Positions 31,470 to 41,052 of a stretch of 64,000 bases of DNA are shown one piece after another. Below the pieces are notes generated by a model, which made no database searches, was not told where the DNA came from, and worked only from the letters and a program-made list of their open reading frames with translations. The translations under genes were made by a program, and so were the position numbers. Source of the stretch: Longimicrobiales bacterium (GTDB lineage: Bacteria; Gemmatimonadota; Gemmatimonadetes; Longimicrobiales; Gaopeijiaceae). The stretch's first letter is position 1; every line of letters starts with the position of its first letter. The stretch covers positions 352,001 through 416,000 of the forward strand of contig OZ241869.1 of NCBI GenBank assembly GCA_965202805.1. The letters are read 5' to 3'.

Positions 31470-32801
31470 TCAAGAGGACAACTCATGCCTTGGGGCTCCC
31501 AGAGCCATGTTAACCGCGTCCCGGCCAGGCTGTTCGGTCTCCGCAAGACGTTTCAGAATCCCCTTGCGGCAAGCGCGCTGCGCGGCGGCGAGAGTGTCGC
31601 GGTTGGCCGGCGTATCCTTGACGTCTCCGGTGTGCACGGCTGCCGACCCGAAATCGTAAGCCTTCCCGAGCAGCTTGTAGTACCGGCGCCGCTCCTCGAA
31701 GTCGGCACCCAGGTGCCATGCACCCAAGAGCGCGAGGCGGAACCGTAATTCGCCTCTGCCCGGGGGCAGAAATAGTACCTCCAACGCGATCCGGAGATCG
31801 ATGTAGCGGTCAGCCAAGGTGGCGCCGGGACGCTTGGAGCTGATCCAACGCTTGATAGCCATGTCCACAGCCTTCGATGACTGCGCACGGGCATGACGCT
31901 GAACATCGATGTCACGGGCGGTTTCCAGATGTTCCTGCCGAAGAAGAACTGTATCGTCCCACGACGATTCATCGGTCGAGGCCCTATGGCTAGAGCCGTC
32001 GAAGACGTTGAAGGCTGCAAGGTCGCCGGAATCAAGCCAATCGTGCGTCCACCGCACACAGTGGTCGCTCGCGAGGGACAGCGCCTCGGTGATTCGCTCG
32101 CGCCAGTTGTTGGTGGTCAGGCAGGGGATCTTTCCACCGGCCCACACCTCCCGAAGATTCCGTTCCGGCTCGTCGCCGTGGCCCCGCCTCGGTTGGTAGA
32201 GAGCGGGAGCAGCCGTGCCGTCGATCGACAGCACGGTGCGGCCTTTAAATCGGAAGACGTCGGTCTCGTACGGGGTGAGAGAATACGGCAGATGCGGTGC
32301 CAAATCGGCTACGTACCCTCCCTCTGGCAGTTGCGTGACCCGCACGCCCTCCTCCAGCGCCAGCGGCTTCTCACACCGAACGCCCGCAAGTAGAACCTTA
32401 ATGCGGTAGCGGTAGGGTTTCTCGTCAAGCCAGCCACGCAGGATCTCCACCGCGCGCGCTGAGCCGAGAATGGCCGCAGCCCTGACCAGAGTGCGAGCGA
32501 ACTCGGTAACCGTAGGCTCGGCCAAATCCAGCCTGCCGCCCATCAAGGCGATCAATCCGGTCCCGATACGCTGGGTCTCGGGGTCGATGTAAGCTTGCAG
32601 TTCGCGACCGAGTCTCTCGACGAGCACGGCGAGACGAGCTTCCGGAATGACGGCTTTGGCACTGCGCACCAAGCGTTGTCCGGTCGGATCGCGGGGGGCG
32701 TGAAGGCTCCGCATCTGGGCAGCAGTATACGTCCCGTAGCGTCTCGCGTCGAATCGAGTTTCCCTCAGAATCTGGTCCACCAAGTCTGTAAGTCGTGGCA
32801 T
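31470..32801 (-). CDS. ApeA-like HEPN-domain protein
   Basis: C-terminal RYIDLRIALEVLFL...ELRFRLALLGAWHLG...KAYDFGSAAVHTG. Confidence 0.75.
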   Translation of the reverse strand: MPRLTDLVDQILRETRFDARRYGTYTAAQMRSLHAPRDPTGQRLVRSAKAVIPEARLAVLVERLGRELQAYIDPETQRIGTGLIALMGGRLDLAEPTVTEFARTLVRAAAILGSARAVEILRGWLDEKPYRYRIKVLLAGVRCEKPLALEEGVRVTQLPEGGYVADLAPHLPYSLTPYETDVFRFKGRTVLSIDGTAAPALYQPRRGHGDEPERNLREVWAGGKIPCLTTNNWRERITEALSLASDHCVRWTHDWLDSGDLAAFNVFDGSSHRASTDESSWDDTVLLRQEHLETARDIDVQRHARAQSSKAVDMAIKRWISSKRPGATLADRYIDLRIALEVLFLPPGRGELRFRLALLGAWHLGADFEERRRYYKLLGKAYDFGSAAVHTGDVKDTPANRDTLAAAQRACRKGILKRLAETEQPGRDAVNMALGAPRHELSS

Positions 32802-32847
32802 TGTTGGGAGCTGCGGGATGGGGTCAAAGACTGTCCGAGTCTTCCAG

Positions 32848-33462
32848 TCAAGATGGTCCGGCGGTCAGTACAGGACGGCTGTCTTTGATGCCGTGCGCCT
32901 CCAAGTGGCGGATTGTATCCTCGGTCCTTTGACTCTTGATCTGATTGCTGTATCTGATCCGCGCGCCGTCGTAGGTGGAAGGGAATTCCTGCTTGGCCTG
33001 CCGGTATTGTTCCTGCCGCATGAGCCTGCCTACTTGCCTCACCGCCAATCCGATCTCTCGGATGCGCTCCTTGCCCAGTTCGAGTGAGCATCTTCCGTCC
33101 TGCAGGGGCTTATCTTTGGCTCTCAACCAGTGTGTCGTCATTTCGGATTCCGAAAACAGGTTAACTCCCAACGGTCTCAGACTGTCTTGAAGGTCGCGGA
33201 GCATCTCGACGATAGTGTCGGCGGTCTCCACCGCGTAGGAAGCGCGAGCGTCGAGGTCTTGGCTTTTCACTCTGGACTGCTGGTAGAACGAGATAGCTCG
33301 GACTACCTCCACTGCATCGCCGCGCAACATCTTGAAGCGATGCTTCTTGTTGAACCGCTGGTGACTCCACTTGATCGCCGCCCAAAGCAGGCCGCCCACG
33401 GATACTAACGACACGGTAGCGAGGTTTTCGGTGATCGCGTTCCAGATGGCGGAGAGGTCCAT
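32848..33462 (-). CDS. hypothetical protein with an N-terminal TM helix
   Basis: GAAAGGG RBS, hydrophobic residues about 15-32, helical remainder. Confidence 0.6.
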   Translation of the reverse strand: MDLSAIWNAITENLATVSLVSVGGLLWAAIKWSHQRFNKKHRFKMLRGDAVEVVRAISFYQQSRVKSQDLDARASYAVETADTIVEMLRDLQDSLRPLGVNLFSESEMTTHWLRAKDKPLQDGRCSLELGKERIREIGLAVRQVGRLMRQEQYRQAKQEFPSTYDGARIRYSNQIKSQRTEDTIRHLEAHGIKDSRPVLTAGPS

Positions 33463-34102
33463 CCCTTTCTTCTCCCGTGTCAGGTATCATTGAGGAGCCA
33501 GCCTCAGATGATGTGCTGAGTCCGCACCAAATCGGTGACCGGCCCTTTGGTCAGGGACTCCAATCTGGCAGGTCGGGTCACTCCCGACCTCCCCAAAACG
33601 GGAGCCAGTTGCGGCACCAGGGATCTGGAAGACCCCCTCCCGGCACCACTTCCGGCTCCATGTAGAGTCTCTAGGCGTTCATGACAGGCTGTCAACCCCT
33701 TAGTGCCGCCAGCTCGGCGCCAGCGAGAGAGCTCCCAGGATCAGCCGATGCGCCAGGCCTGCCGCTCGATTAACGCGGCGCGGAGAGACCGGGCCCGCTC
33801 CAGGCTCTCGGGGTGGGGCCGGTATCGCCACGTGGAGGCCTCCAACCAGGTCCGGGCGGCGGTGCGCTCCGGGCGCCGGGTCGAGGTCCGGCCGGAGCCT
33901 CCGGATGTAATCGGCGAGGAACTGGTCGATGGCGCCGAGGGGGAGAGTCCAGGACCCGCCGGGCCGAAAACCCGAGACCAGGGCCGAGAATTCGAGGAGG
34001 AGGCAGCTATCGGCCACGGACGGTCGAGGAGGACGGCGGCGGCCAGCTGGGTCGGATTCGGTGGAGGTTGAAGGGGTGGTCGTGATCCGCATCCCCGACC
34101 TG

Positions 34103-34570
34103 TTACCCGCGCTGCCGCACCAGAATGACGTTCAGCGTCATCGGATTCGGCTCAATCCGCGCGCCAATCGGCCGGCCGTCCGGTCCCGTGCCCCGTGCCT
34201 CTCCGAACTCGACCACCAGGGTTCCCGAGATCCGGTTGCCCGAAAACGTTCCTCGCAGGCGCGAGTCCGCGGGCATTGGGGTGTCAAGTCCCGCATCCAG
34301 CTCAAGCGCCGCGTCCAGCGCGACCTGCGCGCCGACGAGGTTGCCCGCTACCGCTCCATCGCCTTCGAGCGTGCCGGGCGCGACCAGAGACATGGTGCCG
34401 CGGACCGTGCCGTCGGTCTCCGACAGCTCGTAGCGGTACGTCATCGCCCCAACGGTGGCACTCCAGGTGCCCGTCAGGCCGTTGGGCTCCGGGTCGGTGG
34501 TCGCTGGATCGCCACCCCCACAGGCGGCGAAGGCCAGCAGCGACAGGAGTGCGAGCGTCGTCGTGTACAT
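34103..34570 (-). CDS. hypothetical lipoprotein
   Basis: Lipobox FAAC-GG, LTGTW motif. Confidence 0.7.
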   Translation of the reverse strand: MYTTTLALLSLLAFAACGGGDPATTDPEPNGLTGTWSATVGAMTYRYELSETDGTVRGTMSLVAPGTLEGDGAVAGNLVGAQVALDAALELDAGLDTPMPADSRLRGTFSGNRISGTLVVEFGEARGTGPDGRPIGARIEPNPMTLNVILVRQRG

Positions 34571-34579
34571 GATCCTGCG

Positions 34580-35056
34580 TCAGCCGCGTACATGCGCGGC
34601 GAGGATGAACGACAACCGGCGCCTGGCGTCACGTGGCGCATCGCGCATCACGATATACTTGCCGCCAACGGCCACGCCGCCACCGATGTCCAACAGGAAA
34701 CCTGAACCCCCCCGGCCAACCAACAGCCACTCCAAGGCATCAGGGAACTCCTCCGCCACCACCGGCAACACCGCCGGGAATCCCCCCAGGAACACACTCA
34801 CGAACAGCCTGTCCCTGATACGGAGTCCGACGTGTGCTTCATAGTACACGAGGTGATAATCTCCGAGGGGATATTCTTCGTAGAATCCGCGCATGATGCC
34901 GAGCTCGCCGCCCCATGTGTACGAGCCCGGGATGTCCACGAAGCCGACACCGATGTCGTCCCCGCCGACGCCGTAGACGACGAAACCCTGGTTGTCGTCC
35001 TGTCCGGCAAGCGGCGCGGCCGCCAGCAACAGGGTCGCGAGGAGTGTGCGTTTCAT
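34580..35056 (-). CDS. hypothetical exported / outer-membrane beta protein
   Basis: Signal peptide MKRTLLATLLLAAAPLAG-Q; beta-strand pattern; coupled to the upstream gene. Confidence 0.65.
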   Translation of the reverse strand: MKRTLLATLLLAAAPLAGQDDNQGFVVYGVGGDDIGVGFVDIPGSYTWGGELGIMRGFYEEYPLGDYHLVYYEAHVGLRIRDRLFVSVFLGGFPAVLPVVAEEFPDALEWLLVGRGGSGFLLDIGGGVAVGGKYIVMRDAPRDARRRLSFILAAHVRG

Positions 35057-35610
35057 CCTGGTACCGGAATGCCGATTCCGGCCGTCGCCAGGGCGGTCTC
35101 CGTCCAGGTCGTCTCGTCGATCCGAACAAGCCCGCGCAGAAAGGCGAGTTCCGCGCCGAATGACCAGCCTTCAGCCCATGGAATCGGGACCGTGAAGCCC
35201 GCACCCAGCGTGCCGCTGAAATCGTAGGGCTTCTCGCTGTGGAAACAGCCTATCACCACGTCGAAGCACATGGCGCGGATTCCGAGCGAGGCCCCCACGG
35301 CAACAAACAGGTCCACGCCGTCGTTGTCGGGATCCCGTCCGAAAAGCACCATGACGGGCAACTCGACGTAGTGGGCCAATCCCTTCCGTATCCAGAGCGC
35401 GCCGAAGCGGGTCGTGACGCCGCTCCCCGGGATGTCGAGGTAGACTGCGCCCGCCGGCGCGGACGAATGGTCTATAACGACCTTGCCAACATCTTCGTCG
35501 GGCCGGAAGACGAATGCGTCAGCGGCTCCGATCCGAAAGTTGACGCTCTGCCCCGAGAGCGGGGTCGCGCCCAAGAGGGCGACGACGGCCAGGATCGCCA
35601 GCTTTCGCAT
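35053..35610 (-). CDS. small outer-membrane beta-barrel (porin-family-like) protein
   Basis: GGAGGT RBS, signal peptide, HYVELPVM and YDFSGTLGAGF strands. Confidence 0.65.
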   Translation of the reverse strand: MRKLAILAVVALLGATPLSGQSVNFRIGAADAFVFRPDEDVGKVVIDHSSAPAGAVYLDIPGSGVTTRFGALWIRKGLAHYVELPVMVLFGRDPDNDGVDLFVAVGASLGIRAMCFDVVIGCFHSEKPYDFSGTLGAGFTVPIPWAEGWSFGAELAFLRGLVRIDETTWTETALATAGIGIPVPG

Positions 35611-35715
35611 TGCCTCACCTCCTGCTCTTCGGCACCCCGGGCGGGACACAAAGGTCCTTGAACTGGCAGGCTGACAGGGAGCGGAAGCCGGAAACGCTCT
35701 GACGGATCCCGAGAA

Positions 35716-36390
35716 TCAGGCGCGATCGCGCGGCCGAACGGCGAACTGGTTGAACCAGGTAACGACTGCGGCCCGGCGAGTGTTGGTGTTGTGCAAGGCG
35801 CGAGCCACCTCGTAGAGGGACACGGCGCCGCGGGGTAGGATTCGGCGAAGGTCGAAGGGGTGGATGCAGGCGAAGACGTGCCATACCTGGGACCAGGGCT
35901 GGCCAGCGAGTTCGGGAGAGCGGAAGTAGTGCCGGAGTTGTGGTCCGGAAGGACGGTCGGGCATGCCGGCCAGGTAGGCGCCGGACAGGGAGGCCAAGAA
36001 GGTGTGCGCCTCCCCGGTGCCAGCTGGCGGGACGAGGCGGGTGTGGCCTCGCGGGTGGTCGAACCATGAGAGGGGTAGTGGATCGAGCTTGGCGCGGTCC
36101 TCCGGGAAGCCGTGGAAAACGGTAAGCGGCTTGCCCGGTCCGCCGATGAGAGAACCATGTGGGCCGAGACCTTCGGCCTCGGGATCGCCGCCGCGGAGGA
36201 GGCAGTTCTCGAAGCGCTCGCGTTCATGGCGAGCGTAGAGCTCCTCGCGGGTCGGGATCCGAGGGCCGGTCCGAAGGCGGCGGATCGAAGTAGAAGGCGC
36301 GGACCTTGGCGAGCTCGAGCATGGCAGATCAGCGGCCGCGGGGGGCCGGGGAGATGGAGGGATGCCGGGGTGTGGGCGGATCTCTTCCAT
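35716..36390 (-). CDS. hypothetical protein (paralogous relic at 43585-43694)
   Basis: Open frame with protein-like C-terminal two thirds; start uncertain. Confidence 0.5.
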   Translation of the reverse strand: MEEIRPHPGIPPSPRPPAAADLPCSSSPRSAPSTSIRRLRTGPRIPTREELYARHERERFENCLLRGGDPEAEGLGPHGSLIGGPGKPLTVFHGFPEDRAKLDPLPLSWFDHPRGHTRLVPPAGTGEAHTFLASLSGAYLAGMPDRPSGPQLRHYFRSPELAGQPWSQVWHVFACIHPFDLRRILPRGAVSLYEVARALHNTNTRRAAVVTWFNQFAVRPRDRA

Positions 36391-36705
36391 CGAGGTGGCG
36401 GCCGATCACGCGGTGGACGATGGCGACGGAGTCGGCGGCGTCCCGGGAATGGATGGGCTGGAGCAGGGGCTTGCTGTGGTCCCTCACCCAATCCCGACCG
36501 AGGAGAGCGAGGTTCGTGCGGATGTCGTCGAGGGCCGGCGCCGGAATCGTGGCGAGTGCGGTGTCGAGGGCCTTGGGGTCGAGGCGCCGGGCGATGGCGA
36601 TGTCGTAGAGATCGCGGGGTGTTCGCCGCCGAGATGCCGGCCGATGGGCTTTCGGACGGCCTTGAGCAGCTCGGCCGGTCCGGGCGGCAGATCCAACTCG
36701 GCCAT
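36329..36705 (-). pseudogene. internally deleted AbiEii/AbiGii-type nucleotidyltransferase toxin gene
   Basis: N-terminus MAELDLPPGPAELLKAVRKPIGRHLGGEH jumps out of frame to the C-terminal PRDLYDIAIA motif; catalytic core missing. Confidence 0.55.
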
Positions 36706-36779
36706 CAGACGGGGATCCGTTCGACCAGGTTGCGGGTGACCGGCTTGGAGCGGCGGTCGTAGATCGGGGTCGTCGAAGG

Positions 36780-36978
36780 GAGCCGCGGCAAGGAGCCCTC
36801 CTGTGGCATGTCCAGGGTATCTTGGGCGCGCCGCCCGCTGGCACCGGATGGATCTTCTCCCTCCAAACTAACTCGCACGCCACGACCGAGCAGGGTATCA
36901 GGTCATCACGCGCGGGCGATGCCCCCCTGCAGCCAACCGGATGTCACGAGGAGCGCGCCTCGACCAGGCACGGTACCT
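36780..36978 (-). repeat. ~200-bp leader, copy 2 (includes the first four mod-like codons TTG CCG CGG CTC)
   Basis: Homologous to 30918-31115. Confidence 0.85.
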
Positions 36979-37043
36979 CAATTGATCCCGAGACCCTCCG
37001 CCAAAGGACAGGTTCGGGATCGCGAAGATCACGGCAAAGAAGC

Positions 37044-37445
37044 CTATGCAGCACCACCGGCGTGTTCCGTGATCAGAAAGCGCCAGCGTAGCTGTAGCCC
37101 GAACCAGAGCAGGGAAGCGACGGCCAGAATCAGGGTGCCGAGCGCGGAGCTGAGGAGCGCGACCTTGATGCCTCCCCAGACCAGCCCGGCCGAGAGTCCC
37201 TCCATGGTCTCGATGGCCTGAGCGGCGATGATAATGCCGACCAGCGTGCTCAGTACTCCGGTAATGACCGCGAATCCTCCCCAGAACAGAATGGCGTCGA
37301 TCCAGGCCTTGGCATGCCGGTCCGGCATGGCGTCGGGCTTGACGAGCCGGAACGACCTGAGCGCGAGGGCAACGACGGCCAGCAGGGAGAACGCGAGGGG
37401 CCAGCGCATGACGCCCATGGCTTGAAAGGCTTCGATAGCGCTCAT
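37044..37445 (-). CDS. small MotA/TolQ/ExbB-like membrane protein
   Basis: Three TM helices; GVLSTLVGIIIAAQAI...LVWGGIKVALLSSALG pattern; ATGA overlap with the upstream gene. Confidence 0.75.
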   Translation of the reverse strand: MSAIEAFQAMGVMRWPLAFSLLAVVALALRSFRLVKPDAMPDRHAKAWIDAILFWGGFAVITGVLSTLVGIIIAAQAIETMEGLSAGLVWGGIKVALLSSALGTLILAVASLLWFGLQLRWRFLITEHAGGAA

Positions 37446-38329
37446 GATGATTCTCCTGGCGACTGGGGATGGTTTGGATGCGCAGGGTCGGGCGACCGCG
37501 GCGCTCCGGGGCGGATGTTCGGCAGGGGATGGCCCAGCAGCTCGGCGTGCGCCCCGGATACGAGTGCGAGCCGGTGTGCCGGAATGAACCAGGCCAGCCC
37601 TCCGGCCAGGGCCAACAGCAGCGAGAACGAGAGCAGGACGCAGCTCCCGGCCAGCCACTCGGGGAGGAGCGACGCGCCCAGCCCGGGTTCGGCCTCCAGT
37701 ACCCCGGCGAGCCGGAAGAAGTCGGCGAAGGCGCCGAAGATGCCCGTGGCAAGCGTCAGGCCGGACAGGAACAGGATGACCCGGAAGTCCGCTGCCGGAT
37801 CCTGATGATCGTGCTTGACCCATAGCCTGAACGACTGGGTGGCGATAGCCGCGAACAGGATTGCGCCGAGTCCGAGAACCGGCCACAGGAAGGGCGACGC
37901 ATGACGGAGCCAGTCGACCCGCAGGAGCAGGAAGGTTCCCGCGAGAAGCACGACCGCGGTGCCCAGGGCGAGAGCCGAGCGCTCGATGGTTCGCAGACGG
38001 CCGGGACTGAAGTGGCGGGTGAGTCGGCGGTAGTGCGGGGCGTGCAGCCGGTCGAGTTCGCGGAGCGTCGCCCCGTCGGGCACGAGGGCATCCAGCGCAC
38101 GAGCGCGAGCCTCCGCCGCCGGCGTGCCCCGGGCTTTGATTTCGTCCGTGAGCGCCTCGAGGTCGAACTCGAGTTCGCGCAGGATCCTGAGGCGGTCCGG
38201 CATGGGGACCGTCAGATCCCGATCCAGCCTGCGCAGCGTAGCCTGGAATGGCTTCGGGTCGGCTGGCTTCGCGTGCGCCAATTCCGGTGGCCGCGACGGC
38301 CACTCCCGCGGCGGGACTTCGGCGTTCAC
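37442..38329 (-). CDS. membrane protein: N-terminal HAAS-like helical domain + MotA/ExbB-like TM domain
   Basis: LRRLDRDLTVPMPDRLRILRELEFDLEAL...EARARAL resembles PadR-partner domains; TM part aligns by eye with 37044-37445; GTGA overlap with the padR stop. Confidence 0.65.
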   Translation of the reverse strand: MNAEVPPREWPSRPPELAHAKPADPKPFQATLRRLDRDLTVPMPDRLRILRELEFDLEALTDEIKARGTPAAEARARALDALVPDGATLRELDRLHAPHYRRLTRHFSPGRLRTIERSALALGTAVVLLAGTFLLLRVDWLRHASPFLWPVLGLGAILFAAIATQSFRLWVKHDHQDPAADFRVILFLSGLTLATGIFGAFADFFRLAGVLEAEPGLGASLLPEWLAGSCVLLSFSLLLALAGGLAWFIPAHRLALVSGAHAELLGHPLPNIRPGAPRSPDPAHPNHPQSPGESS

Positions 38330-38697
38330 GCCGGGAGTTCCCGCGCCCGGCGCAGCATTCGCGTGAGCCCGGACAGGATCTCCTGAACCCGGTCCGTTTG
38401 TCCGCTGAGATGCCTGCGGCCGGCATCCGTCATGGAATAGACCTTCTTCCTGCGCCCTGGTCCGCTCGACCACCGGCCCAGGATGAGCCCGTCCACGTCC
38501 ATCCGGTGCAGGATCGGATACAGGGTGCCGTGCCGGAACCGAAAGACCCCGTTGCTGTGCGCCTCCACATCCAGGGCGATCTGGTAGCCGTGCCTGGGAC
38601 CCTCCCGCAGGGCGGCGAGGATCAGCAGTTCGTGAATTCCCCGGGCGAAGCCCTGGGCGTCGAATTCGCGGGTGCTGCGGGAGCCTGGTTTGGTCAT
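38326..38697 (-). CDS. PadR-family transcriptional regulator
   Basis: LLILAALREGPRHGYQI...GTLYPILHRM...RRKKVYSMTDAGRRHL. Confidence 0.92.
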   Translation of the reverse strand: MTKPGSRSTREFDAQGFARGIHELLILAALREGPRHGYQIALDVEAHSNGVFRFRHGTLYPILHRMDVDGLILGRWSSGPGRRKKVYSMTDAGRRHLSGQTDRVQEILSGLTRMLRRARELPA

Positions 38698-40814
38698 GGC
38701 CGATCTTGCCTCCGTGAGTGCAGTTCGAGCTCCGACTCTTCCGCCTGGTTGGATGTGATGTCTCTCACGATACGAAAACCATACATGTTGTAGCGGTCAC
38801 TCCAGGGACCCGGCCAGTAGAAACCGCGGTAGGCAGCCGTTACCGACCACGAATAGGATGACCAGAAACCGCCTCGCCTTACGGGCCGGACACAGGTGCC
38901 ATCCTGCCACCATGGAGAATCCTCCGTCCTCGCGGAGCCATCGCCGGGATTCCCTTCATGAGTGTCGTTCCAGCAGTCGGCAACCCATTCCCGCGCGTTC
39001 CCGAGCACGTCGTGGAGTCCGAACGGGTTGGCCGGAAACGACCCGGCGGGGGTCGTCGTTCGGAGTTCCCATTTACCCCGGCAGCCTTCACAGGTGACCA
39101 TGCCGGCGCCGGGCCCATCGCCCCAATAACGGGTTGTCGTCGTACCGCCTCGCGCGGCGTATTCCCACTCGGCCTCGCTGGGCAGTCGGTAGGTTTGACC
39201 GGTGAGGTCGCTGATCCATGTGACGTACTGGTCGGCATCGGGACGGGAGAGGTTGACCACCGGCCGGTCGCCGCGTCCCCAGCCGTTGTCGTCGGGCGCA
39301 TACGTGCACCCTCCGGCGTCGACGCAGAGGTCCCATTCCGCGAATGTCACTTCATACTTCCCGATGGCGAAGGGATACGCAATTCGCACCTCGGTGGGCG
39401 GGTTCTGCGCCTCGACCGTCCACTCGGGTTGCGGCGCGTCCGCGGGATCCGGCTTCTCGTGCGCGCCTCGTCCCATCACGTATTCGCCTGGAGGCAGTTC
39501 AACCATCAAGGGACATTCCGGACAGTCGCGAAACTCACGAAATCCGGACGAAGTCGGAATCCGCGGGTTGGTGGAAGCACCGCCTTCGGTCGTCGGCACC
39601 GCAGCGGCATCCGCAGGGCGCAGGTGGTAGAGAGAGACGATGGTCTCTCCGACCGACTCCAGCCGAAGACCCGCGAAGACCGAGTCGGACAGCACGGCAA
39701 CCGGAACCCCGGGTGCGTCGAACGACCCCGTGTACTCTCCCGAGGAATCGAAGATGTCGACGAAGTGGGGCGTCATCCCGTCCGTAGTGCGGGTCACCCA
39801 AAGATCGCCTCCGGGTGCTGCAGTCATCGACAGCACGGGCGAGACCTGCTCCTCGTATCCGACCGCCATCACGATGTCCTCCGCCTCCAACCCGAAGCGT
39901 CGCATGAATATGCCGTAGGGACCGGGGCCGAACTCCGCACCCCTCACGGCCATCTCCCGCGTGACTTCGATGGGATCCACCGACCATCTGATGCTCGCCA
40001 CCACCGAGCCGTCTACATGCTTGTCGATGCGGTAGCCCGGCCCGTTCAGGAAGAAGATGGAGTCTCCCCGGTGCGTCCAGATGACCGAAGGAGCAAGCAC
40101 TCGGGGCGCCGGAATGGAGCTGCCGCCCAGCTCCATCGTCGCCAGTTCCATCGCGACTTCATGCAGCGTCGTCGTATTCTGTCCTCCCTCGACGACAAGT
40201 CGCTGCTCCGTAACCGTCCCCGAAGACGAGGTGGTACTCGTCACCGTGGCGAGCCAGTCGCTTCCGATCGCGAATCCCGGACCCCAGTAGGGCAGTTCCG
40301 GTCGCTGCTCGCCCAGGAGTTCGCCCTCGCTCGACCAGCGGCTCAGCATCTGTCGGCCGGTATCCCACACGGTCAGTATTCCGTCGGGATCCAGGGAGAC
40401 GGCGGAAGAGTTCCGAAACTCTCCGGGTCCGTCCCCTGAACGTCCATAGCTGCCCGCGTAGGCCCCTGAAGCGTCGAAGGCCGCGACTCTCTGCCCCGTC
40501 CAGTCCGCCAGGTAGATCCGGCCTGACGTCGGGTCTGCGGCCACGCCCCACGGAACTGCCGTAAGCGCACTGTCGGGAGGGATGAGATCGATCATTCGCT
40601 CCGCTCGGATGCCCAGCAGTTCCTCCGGACCGATGTTGTCGACTACCGTCACGCCTGCGGAATCGCGCACAAGCGCGGCCCGAACGTCGCGAGACGTCGG
40701 CTCGCACGAGCTGGTAGCCAGCGCCAGCATCACGGCGATCCATGGAGTGGCTGTTGGAGATGAATGGCGTAGCGGGGCGGCGCATGGCGGGTGGGCTCGC
40801 GTTCGTGCTTGCAT
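38694..40814 (-). CDS. lipoprotein: 6-bladed beta-propeller + FGE-sulfatase (SUMF1/EgtB/PvdO, C-lectin fold) domain
   Basis: LATSSC lipobox, RDSAGV, GRSGDGPGEF (NHL-like), FRDCPECPLMV, YRLPSEAEWEYAARGG, NPFGLHDVLGNAREW, GFRIVR. Confidence 0.88.
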   Translation of the reverse strand: MQARTRAHPPCAAPLRHSSPTATPWIAVMLALATSSCEPTSRDVRAALVRDSAGVTVVDNIGPEELLGIRAERMIDLIPPDSALTAVPWGVAADPTSGRIYLADWTGQRVAAFDASGAYAGSYGRSGDGPGEFRNSSAVSLDPDGILTVWDTGRQMLSRWSSEGELLGEQRPELPYWGPGFAIGSDWLATVTSTTSSSGTVTEQRLVVEGGQNTTTLHEVAMELATMELGGSSIPAPRVLAPSVIWTHRGDSIFFLNGPGYRIDKHVDGSVVASIRWSVDPIEVTREMAVRGAEFGPGPYGIFMRRFGLEAEDIVMAVGYEEQVSPVLSMTAAPGGDLWVTRTTDGMTPHFVDIFDSSGEYTGSFDAPGVPVAVLSDSVFAGLRLESVGETIVSLYHLRPADAAAVPTTEGGASTNPRIPTSSGFREFRDCPECPLMVELPPGEYVMGRGAHEKPDPADAPQPEWTVEAQNPPTEVRIAYPFAIGKYEVTFAEWDLCVDAGGCTYAPDDNGWGRGDRPVVNLSRPDADQYVTWISDLTGQTYRLPSEAEWEYAARGGTTTTRYWGDGPGAGMVTCEGCRGKWELRTTTPAGSFPANPFGLHDVLGNAREWVADCWNDTHEGNPGDGSARTEDSPWWQDGTCVRPVRRGGFWSSYSWSVTAAYRGFYWPGPWSDRYNMYGFRIVRDITSNQAEESELELHSRRQDRP

Positions 40815-40838
40815 GGGGGACTTCCTCCGTTCGCATCC

Positions 40839-40883
40839 TATCGAGATACGACATAACGATAGTCATTATAACGAGTGCCGATA
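40839..40883. promoter_or_regulatory. paired TATCG-N5-CGATA palindromes around a sigma70 promoter (minus strand TTGCCT-16-TATAAT)
   Basis: tatcg-agata-cgaca (40839-40853) and taacg-agtgc-cgata (40869-40883), 30 bp apart. Confidence 0.7.
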
Positions 40884-41052
40884 GAAAGGCAACATGATGA
40901 AGCCCCTCCGGCGAGGGGAGACCGATGGGCACGTTGCCACACGACGCAGGGCGGCGCGTTTGCGGGGGGATTGGTGGAGACCTGTGTTCCAGGGCGCTAT
41001 GGCACCCAGGCGCGTGCAGCGACACCGCAGGCGAGTATGAGTCAGTTGCGAT

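Noticed and set aside
33566..33700. Hairpin aggtcggg/cccgacct and palindrome tgacag-g-ctgtca as a distinct element
   Set aside because: Short single occurrences; plausibly the promoter/operator of the 32848-33462 gene but not supportable further.
33700..34092. 130-aa ORF as a real gene
   Set aside because: Only a short central stretch looks protein-like and there is no credible start; probably a relic I cannot assign.
37044..38329. Zorya or flagellar stator system
   Set aside because: No ZorB/MotB (OmpA-domain) gene, no long ZorA tail and no zorC/D/E.
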